Positions 9,701-19,468 of a DNA stretch of 64,000 bases are shown one piece after another. Position numbers and translations under genes: made by a program. Numbering within the stretch: position 1 is the stretch's first letter; every line of letters starts with the position of its first letter. The notes below the pieces were generated by a model that had not been told where the DNA came from, did not search any database, and saw only the letters and a list, made by a program, of their open reading frames with translations. This DNA comes from an uncultured virus (IMG/VR IMGVR_UViG_3300020814_000207) (taxonomy: Duplodnaviria > Heunggongvirae > Uroviricota > Caudoviricetes), in the IMG/VR virus record IMGVR_UViG_3300020814_000207, positions 1 through 64,000 of that record; one strand, 5' to 3'.

Positions 9701-12700
9701 GTCAAAATGGAATTTCGGTAATCACGTCTGGGTTGTTGTCAGCAGAACCAATGGGAGGTACTGACGACAGGGCCGGTTACCCAACTGTATCGCCACTAGA
9801 TCCCGGTGGCGCATTATTTGTGTGGCGAAGACTTAGTGACAACGCTGGTGTTTGTCGATTTATTGCCATACAAGATTCACTACCGATTTCTGGTAATTTA
9901 TCAGTGTTTACATCAAATGCACCAAAATTCATCACAACGATAAACCACGGCATATCTGGTGCAATTATTTGTTATAATGACGCCACCGACTCTAGTAAAC
10001 TAAAGGCGACATATGCATCGGTCAGTGGACTTTCTATGAGCTTTTCTTCTCCGATCACGTATAGCAGTGGTCGTTCTGATAATTATAGTTGGACACAAAA
10101 AATCGTTAATATCGACACAGATAAATTCGCTGTGTTCTATAACAATGCAGATGGACAAGCAAGCTATTGTTTATTGACTGTGAGTGGAACATCCTTATCA
10201 TGTGGTAGTGGAAATACTTTTGACACAGGGACTACGAGTTCGTCTATGGTGAATCTAAATGCGATATCTCTTGACAATAATAGATTGGCTATTTTTGGGT
10301 CTCGAAATTATGGCGTGCAAGGATCTGGTTTTGTTGGAATAATAGCTAATGTTAGCGGAGATACGATTACATTTTCTCCAACGCAGACAACTATTGATGC
10401 ATATAACAAATATTCGTCATCAACGTATTCACCATGTTGGAGAATGTCTCCGATATATAATAATGGACAACTATATTTATCGTGGTGTGACAATACCGTA
10501 TTGCAGTCTGAGGCTCAGGGATATGCTATTGCCCAACTAGGCACAATAAGCGAAGATGTAATTGGCGTTTCCGGAAATAGCCTATTTGGAAGACAGGTAG
10601 ATACGGAAGCATATACTGAATTGTATTACGGAATATGTAGACTCAATAATAATACCATACTCAATAGTCAATGCCAGCCGGGCACTATAACGCAAACATA
10701 TCCAGTGTGGTTTCAGCCACTAAGAATAGATGTGTCTGGACTAACCATCACCCCAATTCTAGACCCAACACAGGAAACACCGGCCCCTGGCGTTAGCAAT
10801 GACGTGGCCACACTATCAAATAATAGAGCAATCTACGCTGGTTATTCGTCCAGTGCCGTTGGGTTTGAAGCCACATGTGTTAATTTTGACCCAGTAAGCG
10901 GGATAATTAGCGTTGGTAATTATCTACCAATATCATGGCCAATATCTGTTAGACCACATATTGTTAATGTGGGGGAAGAAAGAGCGGCATATGGGGTTGT
11001 GTCTAGTTTACCTAACAATCGCTTACATGTTGGCTGGATATATGCAGGATTATCTGGTGCCTTAATAGCACAAGACAGCAACCAGTACCAAAGCGCAATA
11101 GACAAAGAACAATTCATGCTCATGTTATGGAGTAAAAATCCATCTATCAGTGGTTCTACATTCTGGGTTGAACGAGATGTCAAAATACAATTACTAGATA
11201 ATAAGATTCGTTTTGGAACGAATACCGTTGAATGGAATACTCCTGAATTATCAGGATTATTGTCAACCATCAATAATGGTCAACCACACTTTTTGATTGT
11301 AGATATACAACACTCTGGCGATGGTATATGGAATCTGCGCACGTCACTAGACGGCACTACATGGATCAACCATGGTATTCAAACCAGCGGGGTAGAACTG
11401 CCGCCATCGGGTAATTCAAACGCACAAATATTCATGTCTCCTAAGAGAGAATACGCCCCATCGATATGGCTCGACGAGGTATATCTATATGCTGGTCCAA
11501 AAGGGATCGATCTAAATACATTCGAAATTGAAAAGGCTTATAGTCTAGGCGCTGTTAAACACATTGGGTTAGATAGATATGGTGATAGCCCAGCATCTAT
11601 CACTGGGTCGATGGATGTATTTCTAAAGAGTGCGTGCCCATTTATTTCCTCGTCTGGCGCTGTATTTTATCAAACATATGAAAGATATTTTGATGCCTCT
11701 AGTAGCGGCAACGCCCACGAGCACATACTTGGAGAAGGGTGGATTCCATCTACTCCTAGTATGGCCGCGTTCACATCGGGCGTAGCCGGATCTGGTGGAT
11801 TACAAACAGCGAACGGATCACTGTATTGGTATGAGCCAAGCGCCACTACACAAAGAGACAGACTATATGATGGTCAGGATTATACATTTGTAACATGGTG
11901 GGACTGTAATCGTGGTGCTGGTGTGTCTAATGATTACGTTGGTGTTGGTCAAAATTCGCCACCATATCACGGGATAGTTGTTCAATCGTCTGGGCTTAGT
12001 GGATTTGTTCTTGTAGCAAAAATCAATAATACAGAATATCCAATAACTACCCACTTGATTGATACTCAAAAATCCAAAGTATTTGTTGCTGGTAGAATTG
12101 AATTTAATCCAACAGAATTAATAGGATTGTTGTCTATTGATGGATCTCCATGGGTTTCTGGTTCGACGCCATATGTTGGCACAAGAAATAATGTCTCAAC
12201 TAGATATGGAGTCTCAACATACATAGCTCCTGGTCCAGACAGAACGTGCATGGTTGATGAGACGATACTTTGGAAAAACATTGACAGGTTTAGTGCATAC
12301 GAACTAAACGCGCTATATATGCTTGGTCTTCAAGGGTTGACCATTGCGTGTAATTCAGCAGATGGTTTTGATCCAGTAGAAGTAGACGCCTGGGCTCCAC
12401 TATTTATTGGATCTTTGTCTAAGAACTCAGAAGTGCCATTGTATATAACAGGACCAAAATGTCCAATCGCATTTAGCGGACTAATATATTATCACGAGTG
12501 TAGTGCGGATAATCTTGAATGGGTGAAAGGAAAAGAATGGTCTTTATCGGGGGCTATTCATGTTCCATATTTCATCAACGAGGGAATATCCGTTTCCGGT
12601 GGAGACACAGGGTTTTATTCGTATGTAGATACAGATTATCAAGACCCACGAGATTTATGTAATCTTACGTCATTGTGCTGGATAAGCGGCGTACAATATT

Positions 12701-14394
12701 CGCCAGTCACTTGTGATTTTGGATGGTTCAGCGGTATTATTCCAGTCAATTCAGTTGGTTTTCAAACCGTAGGAAGCGGTGTCGGTTTTATATTGAACTC
12801 TAGTGGAGTTTCGTGGTCGTCTGGTACATACTATGCGTTACAATACAACCCGACCCTTGCTCTTGCGAGAACGGAGTTTAGTGGTGGAGTTGCTACGTCA
12901 TTATTGAGTATTGATGGCAATCCATGGGTAGATATGGGTCAGATATCAATATCTACGTTTGATAGCTCAGGTAATATTATTGGCGCAAAATTGTCACAGG
13001 CGCACCCGAGCGGAGAACTCAATGCCGACGAAATTGCCTTGTGGGGCAACATAGATAGATTTACGCCATATGAGCTTCAACAATTATATTATCTTGGTAT
13101 GCATTTAAGGAAGCCGTTATATGAGTTTCATGATATATTTGACGGTTCTGGATTGCATATAGAAACATATTGTCCATTATTTATTTATCATTCAGAGATA
13201 ACGAGTGGTAATTGTGACTTATTTATTGACGGTAAAAATACATGTTATAATTCTATAGACCTATCCATTCCATGGTTCACATCGTATTCCGGAATACCAT
13301 ATCCGCTTAATGCAATATATGCGCATCCATTAAACGACTTAAGAGAAAAAATTATAGATGTTGACTGGTCTGGCGTTGTTGCCGGATTTGTTGACAGCGA
13401 CTCTGTTTCTGGACTAAGGCCGTCTAGTGCGATTGGTAGTAGTAGTGGATATCCAAGTACAATTGGCGCTGGAACGCTAACATGGCATATGACGGCTCTT
13501 AGGCCGATAGACAGCGGATTATATATTAGTACTGGTCGTGGATATACGTTAACGACAACAAAAGAATATGGGTCTCCGTCGTATATATACCTGACAAATT
13601 CAACATCGTCAGGAATAGCATCTTGGTATAATACAGAAATTACCAACCTGTTTGATTCACTAGAGGGCAGCAAGGGCCGATGTATCGTATTTGAATTTAC
13701 ACATATAACAGATGGTAATTGGTGGTTAAGAATGTCTACTGATGGCAAGCCATACGTAGACTACGGCCTACAAAATAGTGGAATATGCCCTCTGTCAACC
13801 ATCGACGCAGATCCATATATAGAGGTATCTGGCAGTTACATGAGCGCTTGGCTAGACGATACCATAATGTGGACAAACATAAATCTAACATCAGATGATT
13901 TACAGCAGTTTTGCCACGGTGCGTCTGGATATATAGACTACATGACATTGTTTATGCAAGGTACACATCTATCGGCGTCTAGCGACATTGATCTATTTGT
14001 TAGCGGGTATGTTTTACCACCATCTGGCGCATCTGGTGTCTACGATTTTACAATCGAGAATTTATTCAAAACTATGGATTATAATCCACAGATCATTGGA
14101 AAATTGGATTGTCCAGCATCCGGATCTGTGTATATCGAAGTTTGGTACTGCACGGATGGTAATAATGATATCGTAGAAATAATTAACAGCGGGTGTTACC
14201 CCATAGGTAATACAGGAAGATGGGGATGGTCGACTGCATATTTGCCAGAACCATGGCCGTCTCTGAAACCACAGTATTATTACCGAATGACGGCTAGTAA
14301 TACCAATACTTTTGAAGGACAGTTTTTCATGAACACAAACATGAATAGAAATAGAATGCCAAGAAATTCAAGTGAGTATACGCTGAATATATGA
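6724..14394 (+). CDS. Giant virion surface protein (beta-propeller repeats plus LamG/ConA-like domains), Ser-Gly rich
   Basis: 2556 aa with ~50-aa blade-like repeats (KILVCYADSSDNNYGKAVVGTITG.SISFGS) and repeated lectin-like ends (W.DE..LW.NI.RF..YEL). Confidence 0.65.
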   Translation: MALLRANDCVSYARFDGAIGPYDHKNNIALSGAIAFGSGVLAQSFLGAGARTYFGAQTTFGSGTISSASVCQLDTNKILVCYADSSDNNYGKAVVGTITGDSISFGSTATFLGAGAASQIKVLALSASTAIVCYQDGSASEHGLAKICSISGTSITPGNSAEFYSSFGNFAAMDVTKIHSSGFVVVYKDNADSEHGKARVGTFDGTNISFGAVTDFLSTSIATNISITSTTASQVIVAYTDSNTGNSGKTKVGTIVGNVVSWGSATTFDSSGPVSNVAISTIGSTIGGDHRILVTWYRGQFAGTWPHGASRRGVISGSSLSWDTSYTQIAYAYNLFSKPSIIRIDNDTVVVGFQKTYGSVSVGQTNSIGNLVYWSHPDTFYPLECNDTLIAKCDGDKFVVGSIDSNNIGRLCVGNIVREAKIMSTSSSPKSAIGQSGIAVVGWYKNPSAGSSRTEVSRGYDVGIIPTHITLGSGTAVSYWNDTSISYLLGQLNDGNKHFLSMYFSHISGGTWNLETSIDGSGYVSHGIQDTGYTPIVNNNTPLSYTNRSSTLSSWVDENTIWFTSPRFTDYQTVSMYGLAGSGLQLSSYTDAIEINYSGVVPMTVYGPTQITSELTCLVKAQDLPYEISGAIFYHPLDDKKEWIKKQEWYGPGAFVDGQVSGALSFDLSQNFSIPSSGAIRIGVTYAVPYIRISPTDTDRAITLTGGGSQHKWMGIAASGGIVTSGIELNTNLTAASCFSLSSLGDDRAFSLSSFGGGNYAFVVKMNPDLSITSGTRFYPTTFDGIRMYPFNTICLRASGGYEQNIVASFLNSTNQTNIYLYTTSGMYVTGRASGTYNGWNYGQTLPVITKIDDSHFVVCHGRHNRMNVVRLNDDNSFTYGRDVRDYSMPLTCYYSYLLNLGGGSGIWAYPHKINTVNKNAYVPVLLTSTGITLANPPESTQYSNLDMGYGFYGSPSYDGTIPDNLMCKIDDTSFVTFNATLASHQWYWFRNGQNGISVITSGLLSAEPMGGTDDRAGYPTVSPLDPGGALFVWRRLSDNAGVCRFIAIQDSLPISGNLSVFTSNAPKFITTINHGISGAIICYNDATDSSKLKATYASVSGLSMSFSSPITYSSGRSDNYSWTQKIVNIDTDKFAVFYNNADGQASYCLLTVSGTSLSCGSGNTFDTGTTSSSMVNLNAISLDNNRLAIFGSRNYGVQGSGFVGIIANVSGDTITFSPTQTTIDAYNKYSSSTYSPCWRMSPIYNNGQLYLSWCDNTVLQSEAQGYAIAQLGTISEDVIGVSGNSLFGRQVDTEAYTELYYGICRLNNNTILNSQCQPGTITQTYPVWFQPLRIDVSGLTITPILDPTQETPAPGVSNDVATLSNNRAIYAGYSSSAVGFEATCVNFDPVSGIISVGNYLPISWPISVRPHIVNVGEERAAYGVVSSLPNNRLHVGWIYAGLSGALIAQDSNQYQSAIDKEQFMLMLWSKNPSISGSTFWVERDVKIQLLDNKIRFGTNTVEWNTPELSGLLSTINNGQPHFLIVDIQHSGDGIWNLRTSLDGTTWINHGIQTSGVELPPSGNSNAQIFMSPKREYAPSIWLDEVYLYAGPKGIDLNTFEIEKAYSLGAVKHIGLDRYGDSPASITGSMDVFLKSACPFISSSGAVFYQTYERYFDASSSGNAHEHILGEGWIPSTPSMAAFTSGVAGSGGLQTANGSLYWYEPSATTQRDRLYDGQDYTFVTWWDCNRGAGVSNDYVGVGQNSPPYHGIVVQSSGLSGFVLVAKINNTEYPITTHLIDTQKSKVFVAGRIEFNPTELIGLLSIDGSPWVSGSTPYVGTRNNVSTRYGVSTYIAPGPDRTCMVDETILWKNIDRFSAYELNALYMLGLQGLTIACNSADGFDPVEVDAWAPLFIGSLSKNSEVPLYITGPKCPIAFSGLIYYHECSADNLEWVKGKEWSLSGAIHVPYFINEGISVSGGDTGFYSYVDTDYQDPRDLCNLTSLCWISGVQYSPVTCDFGWFSGIIPVNSVGFQTVGSGVGFILNSSGVSWSSGTYYALQYNPTLALARTEFSGGVATSLLSIDGNPWVDMGQISISTFDSSGNIIGAKLSQAHPSGELNADEIALWGNIDRFTPYELQQLYYLGMHLRKPLYEFHDIFDGSGLHIETYCPLFIYHSEITSGNCDLFIDGKNTCYNSIDLSIPWFTSYSGIPYPLNAIYAHPLNDLREKIIDVDWSGVVAGFVDSDSVSGLRPSSAIGSSSGYPSTIGAGTLTWHMTALRPIDSGLYISTGRGYTLTTTKEYGSPSYIYLTNSTSSGIASWYNTEITNLFDSLEGSKGRCIVFEFTHITDGNWWLRMSTDGKPYVDYGLQNSGICPLSTIDADPYIEVSGSYMSAWLDDTIMWTNINLTSDDLQQFCHGASGYIDYMTLFMQGTHLSASSDIDLFVSGYVLPPSGASGVYDFTIENLFKTMDYNPQIIGKLDCPASGSVYIEVWYCTDGNNDIVEIINSGCYPIGNTGRWGWSTAYLPEPWPSLKPQYYYRMTASNTNTFEGQFFMNTNMNRNRMPRNSSEYTLNI

Positions 14395-14404
14395 GGAGGT
14401 TAAA

Positions 14405-14764
14405 ATGTCAGTAATTGGACCATCAATTCCGGAGTATGATTATTTTCCAAGCGCCCCTCCGTCGTTAATAGGGGCATTGGCGAGCGGACTAAATGTTGTT
14501 ATAGAAATATGGAGGGATGGGGACGTTGTTCCTCTAACACCAGAAGCTAGTGGGTGTGTAGAAATAGGGAATACTGGTAACTATGTATTCTCAACAGCAC
14601 ATTTACCACCAATAACACACACGAGAGAACAATATCACTATCGGATGTCTGATGGTGGCACCAACGAGGACGAGGGCGACTTTATACTTAAAGTTGTTCA
14701 ACTCACCAATGTTATGCCATCGCTGACAGATAATTCGTCATATGTACTTGATCCACGACCATAA
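14405..14764 (+). CDS. Small virion protein, paralogous to the C-terminal domain of the giant protein
   Basis: SGCVEIGNTGNYVFSTAHLP...QYHYRM...EGDF matches SGCYPIGNTGRWGWSTAYLP...QYYYRM...EGQF at the end of the 2556-aa protein. Confidence 0.7.
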   Translation: MSVIGPSIPEYDYFPSAPPSLIGALASGLNVVIEIWRDGDVVPLTPEASGCVEIGNTGNYVFSTAHLPPITHTREQYHYRMSDGGTNEDEGDFILKVVQLTNVMPSLTDNSSYVLDPRP

Positions 14765-14772
14765 ACAGGAGT

Positions 14773-15333
14773 ATGTCAATGGCATGGACGACAGACCTAG
14801 TAACAATGACAAGAATTTTGATCAATGATGTGTTATTGCCACAGAAACATGCTGACTCATATTTGCAGCAGGTGCTGATTACAGCAGGAATTATTGTTAG
14901 TAACGACGTAGAGTTACAATACAATTATGTTTTTGATATCGCGAATCTAACAATTAGTCCAGATCCGGTAATATCTGGCGACGTTATTGTACAGGCGCTA
15001 TTGCCACTAAAGGCTGCGTGTATCATTAATGCTGGCCAGTTTCAAAGTTCGATAGGCCAAGCCATCAAGGTGCGAGACGGAGACAGTTCAATTGATACGT
15101 CTGTCGGGTTTGGTGGTTATAGAGATATACTGAAGCTTGGTCCATGTAATGTGTACGAAAAACTTAAGTGGCAAATTCAAGTTTCTAATGTGGCATCATC
15201 TGTTGGCGGGTTGATTATTGGTGCTTATCGTCCAGCGGGCGAAGACGGACAATACTCTATCGGTTATTTTTACGACAGATTCGCTGCTGCGATAGCTAAT
15301 CCGAGAACAAGAATTTTTGATTATCCGAGGTAA
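14773..15333 (+). CDS. Putative head-tail adaptor
   Basis: Helical N-terminus (LVTMTRILIND...ADSYLQQVL), size and position between head and tail genes. Confidence 0.5.
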   Translation: MSMAWTTDLVTMTRILINDVLLPQKHADSYLQQVLITAGIIVSNDVELQYNYVFDIANLTISPDPVISGDVIVQALLPLKAACIINAGQFQSSIGQAIKVRDGDSSIDTSVGFGGYRDILKLGPCNVYEKLKWQIQVSNVASSVGGLIIGAYRPAGEDGQYSIGYFYDRFAAAIANPRTRIFDYPR

Positions 15334-15338
15334 CTTCA

Positions 15339-16598
15339 ATGGTTCTATTTGATCCATTTGATGCGCCAAGTGGAATATGGTCTTACCAGAACGGATATAA
15401 CTGGTCTAGCGGACCAACATACTCCGATGGCAGACTTATTATGTATCCGCCGAACGATTCTCATGGCAGATACGTATCTACTTTTGCTTTGTCCGGATCG
15501 TTATTTATCATTGATGTTTCTGGGGATAGGTCATGGTATACTCCGTCGACGTATAATGGCGAATTGGCTAGGGCATGGCTTGGATGTTATCATGCAGGTT
15601 CTGCTACTCAGTGGGTTGACGATCCTGGCCAATATGGAAAGAGCCACAAACTATGGCTTGGCATACCGGCTTCAAGATTCTCGTATTTCAATGGGTATAC
15701 ACACTATACGTTTGACCTAAACGAAATCTTTGACTGGCAAAATAACCAAGCGGGGGACAACTATGGATTTAGGGTAAAGTTTGATCGTATCGGTGATACA
15801 ATTAACGCCTACCTACATAACGGATCTGGGTTTGTTCTTTTCAGACAGTTCGAAATAGAAAAACCAGAAGAACTACTGTACTTCGAATTTGTTGCCGGAG
15901 ATGGATCTTTATCAGCTTCGTCAAGAACGCGATACGAATATTTTGATTTGAACGGCGGAGATCCTTGTTCGTCGGGTACAGATCTTTATTTGTCTGGATC
16001 GGAAGGGGTTTCCGGGAATATCGGTCTAGTCACATTTGGGTTTGAGGAATTGCCAAGTAGTGAATGTCCTATTTTAGATCCATATGCTGCTATTCAGATT
16101 AGCGACGAATTGATTACGATATATCAGGGAAGGATTGATGCACTTATCAATCAACTTGGCAAAAATATATATCTGGAATTTGAGCCGACAAAAGGTGCGT
16201 GTCCAAATTGCACATACGATTCTATTAACAACAGATCGACCGGGATATATAAATCAGGGGGGCCAACGCCATTTGTCAGAGGACATAAATGCCCGCATTG
16301 CAAGGGCGCTGGTTTAATTATCAATACGGTAACTAGATGTATCAAGGCACTAGTAAAATGGAATCCAAAAGATTATCGCAAGCATGGTGTTGCCGTACAT
16401 GACCCATCTGCTATAGTTAGAACAAAAAGCTTTTTAACAGATGCCCCTCTGATCGTTAAAGCTAAAACAGCACTTATGAACGTTGCGATCAGTGATATGC
16501 TAACACTAAGGGTTAGGAGATTGAGAGGGCCAATTCCAGTAGGTTTGAGGGAAGACAGGTACTGCATAACATTCTGGGAGCTTGTGGACAATGGCTAA
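15339..16598 (+). CDS. Putative head-closure/neck protein with N-terminal beta-sandwich and a CxxC...CxxC motif
   Basis: CPNC...CPHCKG in the C-terminal half, aromatic beta-rich N-terminal half, neck-region position. Confidence 0.45.
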   Translation: MVLFDPFDAPSGIWSYQNGYNWSSGPTYSDGRLIMYPPNDSHGRYVSTFALSGSLFIIDVSGDRSWYTPSTYNGELARAWLGCYHAGSATQWVDDPGQYGKSHKLWLGIPASRFSYFNGYTHYTFDLNEIFDWQNNQAGDNYGFRVKFDRIGDTINAYLHNGSGFVLFRQFEIEKPEELLYFEFVAGDGSLSASSRTRYEYFDLNGGDPCSSGTDLYLSGSEGVSGNIGLVTFGFEELPSSECPILDPYAAIQISDELITIYQGRIDALINQLGKNIYLEFEPTKGACPNCTYDSINNRSTGIYKSGGPTPFVRGHKCPHCKGAGLIINTVTRCIKALVKWNPKDYRKHGVAVHDPSAIVRTKSFLTDAPLIVKAKTALMNVAISDMLTLRVRRLRGPIPVGLREDRYCITFWELVDNG

Positions 16599-17319
16599 TA
16601 TTGAATTGATTATCAAACCACCGCTAAAGGCCCAGCTTGAAAATACTATGTCAGATATCATGAGCACGATTCGAAATAAAGTCAATGCTCGCAGAACGAT
16701 CATACAACAAGCTATTGGTAACTATCTATCTAAAACACTTGGTGAAACCGATGTGGTCAAGTCATTACTCGGAATTGGGTCTACTGATTTACAGGCCGAG
16801 TTCGGGCTTAGCGATGGCGCGGCAGCAACGCTAGTTGGTGGTTTGCTCGACATGATCAAAAAATCCGTTACTATCATTCCAGGAAAGTCTAATATCGTAA
16901 TATCAATACGTGGCGTTAGTAACTATTGGAACGATTATCTTGGACTACCAAATGCGTCTTATATATCACAACCATCGAACCAAACAATACCTGTATTGAG
17001 ATGGATGTTAATTGATCCAGACATAGATATAGGGCAGGTAGCATATGATATGGAGATGGGTCGGACGTTGGTATATGATATATTTACCAAGGGATACGGA
17101 TTTGACAACTTATTATTATGGTCTCGCAGTGGGCGCGCAATTATGGCAACGACAGACCTCCTTAAAGTGGCTGGCGCGCCTTTTAGAGAAGGCGGTTACA
17201 TTGTTCCAGATGTAGCAAGACCAATTTCTGGTGCGAATTTTATTGAATACACTATTGGCCAGAATAAGGTGGCTATTGATGTTGCCAAAATAGTGTTGAC
17301 TCAAATAGGAATGGTGTAA
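16591..17319 (+). CDS. Putative neck/tail-completion protein
   Basis: Position in the neck module. ATG at 16591 overlaps the end of the upstream gene. Confidence 0.4.
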   Translation: MANIELIIKPPLKAQLENTMSDIMSTIRNKVNARRTIIQQAIGNYLSKTLGETDVVKSLLGIGSTDLQAEFGLSDGAAATLVGGLLDMIKKSVTIIPGKSNIVISIRGVSNYWNDYLGLPNASYISQPSNQTIPVLRWMLIDPDIDIGQVAYDMEMGRTLVYDIFTKGYGFDNLLLWSRSGRAIMATTDLLKVAGAPFREGGYIVPDVARPISGANFIEYTIGQNKVAIDVAKIVLTQIGMV

Positions 17320-17320
17320 A

Positions 17321-18244
17321 ATGTCTCTAACGTTCAAGGGAATTAATAGCGGCGGATTTGGTGGATATGAACTAACCGATCATCTAACTACAAACATAAA
17401 GTTATGGCTAGACTGGGGGCTATTACACCATGGTGCATTTTCTCGGGTTAACTACGACTCTTATTCAACATTTAATGACGCAGAGGCCCGGTTACTCCCT
17501 GTGATAGACCAGAGATACGAGGAAGGTCGCGTTTGGAATGGATTCGGAAACGAGTGGGTGTGGGAAGAGGGGGTATCAATTAGCGGCTCTCCATTCCGTG
17601 TTTCTGGTATATATATAAATAACAATTTTTACGACATAGATTCTCAATCGCCATACTCGTATCACGTAGACTATAATCACGGAAGGGTGATTTTTGATAT
17701 TCCAATGGACCCAGAAGCTGATATACGAGCCGAATATTGTTATAGATCAGTATTTGTGTCGTCTACAGACCACCCCGATTATAGTCAACTATTACAAAAC
17801 AGTATCGTTGATTTTGCGTCTCGCATAGAGCCGTCTGGCATACCAGATAGAGATAGACAAGTATGGTTGCCAGCGATATTTATAGACGTTAATCGTGGCA
17901 CACAAAGGGGGTTGGCCCTCGGTGGCGGTCAGATTAAAAGCAGGACTGTAATATTACATGTTTTTGCCGACAATAGGTCTGATAGAAATCTTCTTATGGA
18001 CTGGTTAGATTACCAAAGCAGGTCCGCGTTTATTATGGCCGATCTCAATTCAATGTCATATCCACTAGATGAATGGGGAAGCCCGGTTTCAGGAGTTACA
18101 AACTGGGTGGACATGACAAATAGCCATCCCTGTAAAAAATTGCGTATAATGAACGGGAAGGTCCAACGTATTGATTCGTTGAATCCGAACATATTTCGCG
18201 GCAGGGTTACATGGGATGTCGAAATTGATTATCCAGGCATTTAA
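17321..18244 (+). CDS. Putative tail terminator/neck protein
   Basis: Directly upstream of the tail tube gene. LPAIFIDV...LGGG...VILHVFA pattern resembles tail terminators. Confidence 0.5.
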   Translation: MSLTFKGINSGGFGGYELTDHLTTNIKLWLDWGLLHHGAFSRVNYDSYSTFNDAEARLLPVIDQRYEEGRVWNGFGNEWVWEEGVSISGSPFRVSGIYINNNFYDIDSQSPYSYHVDYNHGRVIFDIPMDPEADIRAEYCYRSVFVSSTDHPDYSQLLQNSIVDFASRIEPSGIPDRDRQVWLPAIFIDVNRGTQRGLALGGGQIKSRTVILHVFADNRSDRNLLMDWLDYQSRSAFIMADLNSMSYPLDEWGSPVSGVTNWVDMTNSHPCKKLRIMNGKVQRIDSLNPNIFRGRVTWDVEIDYPGI

Positions 18245-18245
18245 A

Positions 18246-18256
18246 GTGTATAAATA
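18246..18256 (+). promoter_or_regulatory. GTGTATAAATA putative late promoter upstream of tail tube gene
   Basis: Intergenic motif containing TATAAATA, with RBS AGGAGAG downstream. Confidence 0.65.
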
Positions 18257-18292
18257 TAGAGAGATAGTATCTGGCTAGAAGGAGAGAATTCA

Positions 18293-19342
18293 ATGGCAAA
18301 TAATCGTATCTTTTACGCATGTCACGCACCAGGATTTGCGCCACATGGTGTAGCCGATCCAGATGATGCTGGAACACCTTCCGGTTTCATACCGGCGCAC
18401 GGCGTTCAAAATATTAATATAACAACAACTTTTAACCTAGAGCAGGTTTTTGAACTTGGACAACTAGAACTTTACGAAAATATTGAGGGTATTCCCGACA
18501 TCCAGGTGACGATGCAAAAGGTTCTTGATGGATATCCATTGCTATATCACCTTGCCACACAACAGGCTACATCCCCAACGTTGGTCGGGAGATCAAATAA
18601 CAGATGTTTTGTTGCTCTCAATATATATCCAGACACAAACGACAATGCATCTGGTACCCCAATCAATTCCGTTGGCATGTCTGGGATGTACTTGTCCGCG
18701 CTAACCTATACCCTCAATGTCGATGGCAATTGTACAGAAGACATTACTCTTGTCGGCAACGACAAAGTATGGAAGGGCGTATCTGGTTACGTTACCTTTG
18801 ACCCCAATTTCGACGGAACAGACCAGCCATTCTCTATCGTATCATCTGGTGGCGTCCAGAGACGCGAAGACGTTTTGATGGGCGAGGCAGACGATTCATC
18901 CATATGGCCAACGAATATTCCAGGCATTACTTCGTCTGGTACAAACCCCATATCTGGTGATGGGTATGCGGCACACATCCAGACGGTCACCATAACAGCG
19001 AATCTTGGTAGAGACCAGTTGTTCGAGCTTGGAAAACGTGGTCCGTACTACAGATACGTAACATTCCCAGTAGAAGTGACATGTGCAATTGACGTAACCG
19101 CTAGTGAAGGGGATAACGTAGACGCATTGGCAGATCCTCCTGGTGGTACCAATCTTTCTAACGAGACCATTTTGGTTCACATGAGAGAGGGTACCGTTAT
19201 TGATCTTGGTAGCAAGAACAAGCTTGCGTCTACCACATATAGCGGTGGCGATGCTGGTGGCGGTAACGTGGTTACGACATACAATTTCTCAACATTTAAT
19301 ACGCTAACCGTGACACACCCAGAAGATCCTGCAAATCAATAA
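18293..19342 (+). CDS. Major tail (tube) protein
   Basis: 349 aa, beta-rich. Duplicated motifs FNLEQVFELGQ and LGRDQLFELGK, its own promoter motif and a terminator, upstream of chaperones and tape measure. Confidence 0.75.
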   Translation: MANNRIFYACHAPGFAPHGVADPDDAGTPSGFIPAHGVQNINITTTFNLEQVFELGQLELYENIEGIPDIQVTMQKVLDGYPLLYHLATQQATSPTLVGRSNNRCFVALNIYPDTNDNASGTPINSVGMSGMYLSALTYTLNVDGNCTEDITLVGNDKVWKGVSGYVTFDPNFDGTDQPFSIVSSGGVQRREDVLMGEADDSSIWPTNIPGITSSGTNPISGDGYAAHIQTVTITANLGRDQLFELGKRGPYYRYVTFPVEVTCAIDVTASEGDNVDALADPPGGTNLSNETILVHMREGTVIDLGSKNKLASTTYSGGDAGGGNVVTTYNFSTFNTLTVTHPEDPANQ

Positions 19343-19369
19343 CATACAATAATTTACAGCAAATTAACG

Positions 19370-19400
19370 AGACCGGCCCGTGCGTGGCCGGTCTTTTTTT
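19370..19400 (+). terminator. Rho-independent terminator after tail tube gene
   Basis: AGACCGGCC-CGTGCGT-GGCCGGTCT hairpin followed by a T run. Confidence 0.85.
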
Positions 19401-19402
19401 GG

Positions 19403-19413
19403 GTGTATAAATA
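19403..19413 (+). promoter_or_regulatory. GTGTATAAATA putative late promoter after terminator
   Basis: Exact motif 2 nt after the terminator T-tract, the same layout as at 6314. Confidence 0.65.
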
Positions 19414-19468
19414 GTTAGGAAAGTAACCTTGGACAGCACTTGTCTATTTGGTTTAAGGGATAGGAACG

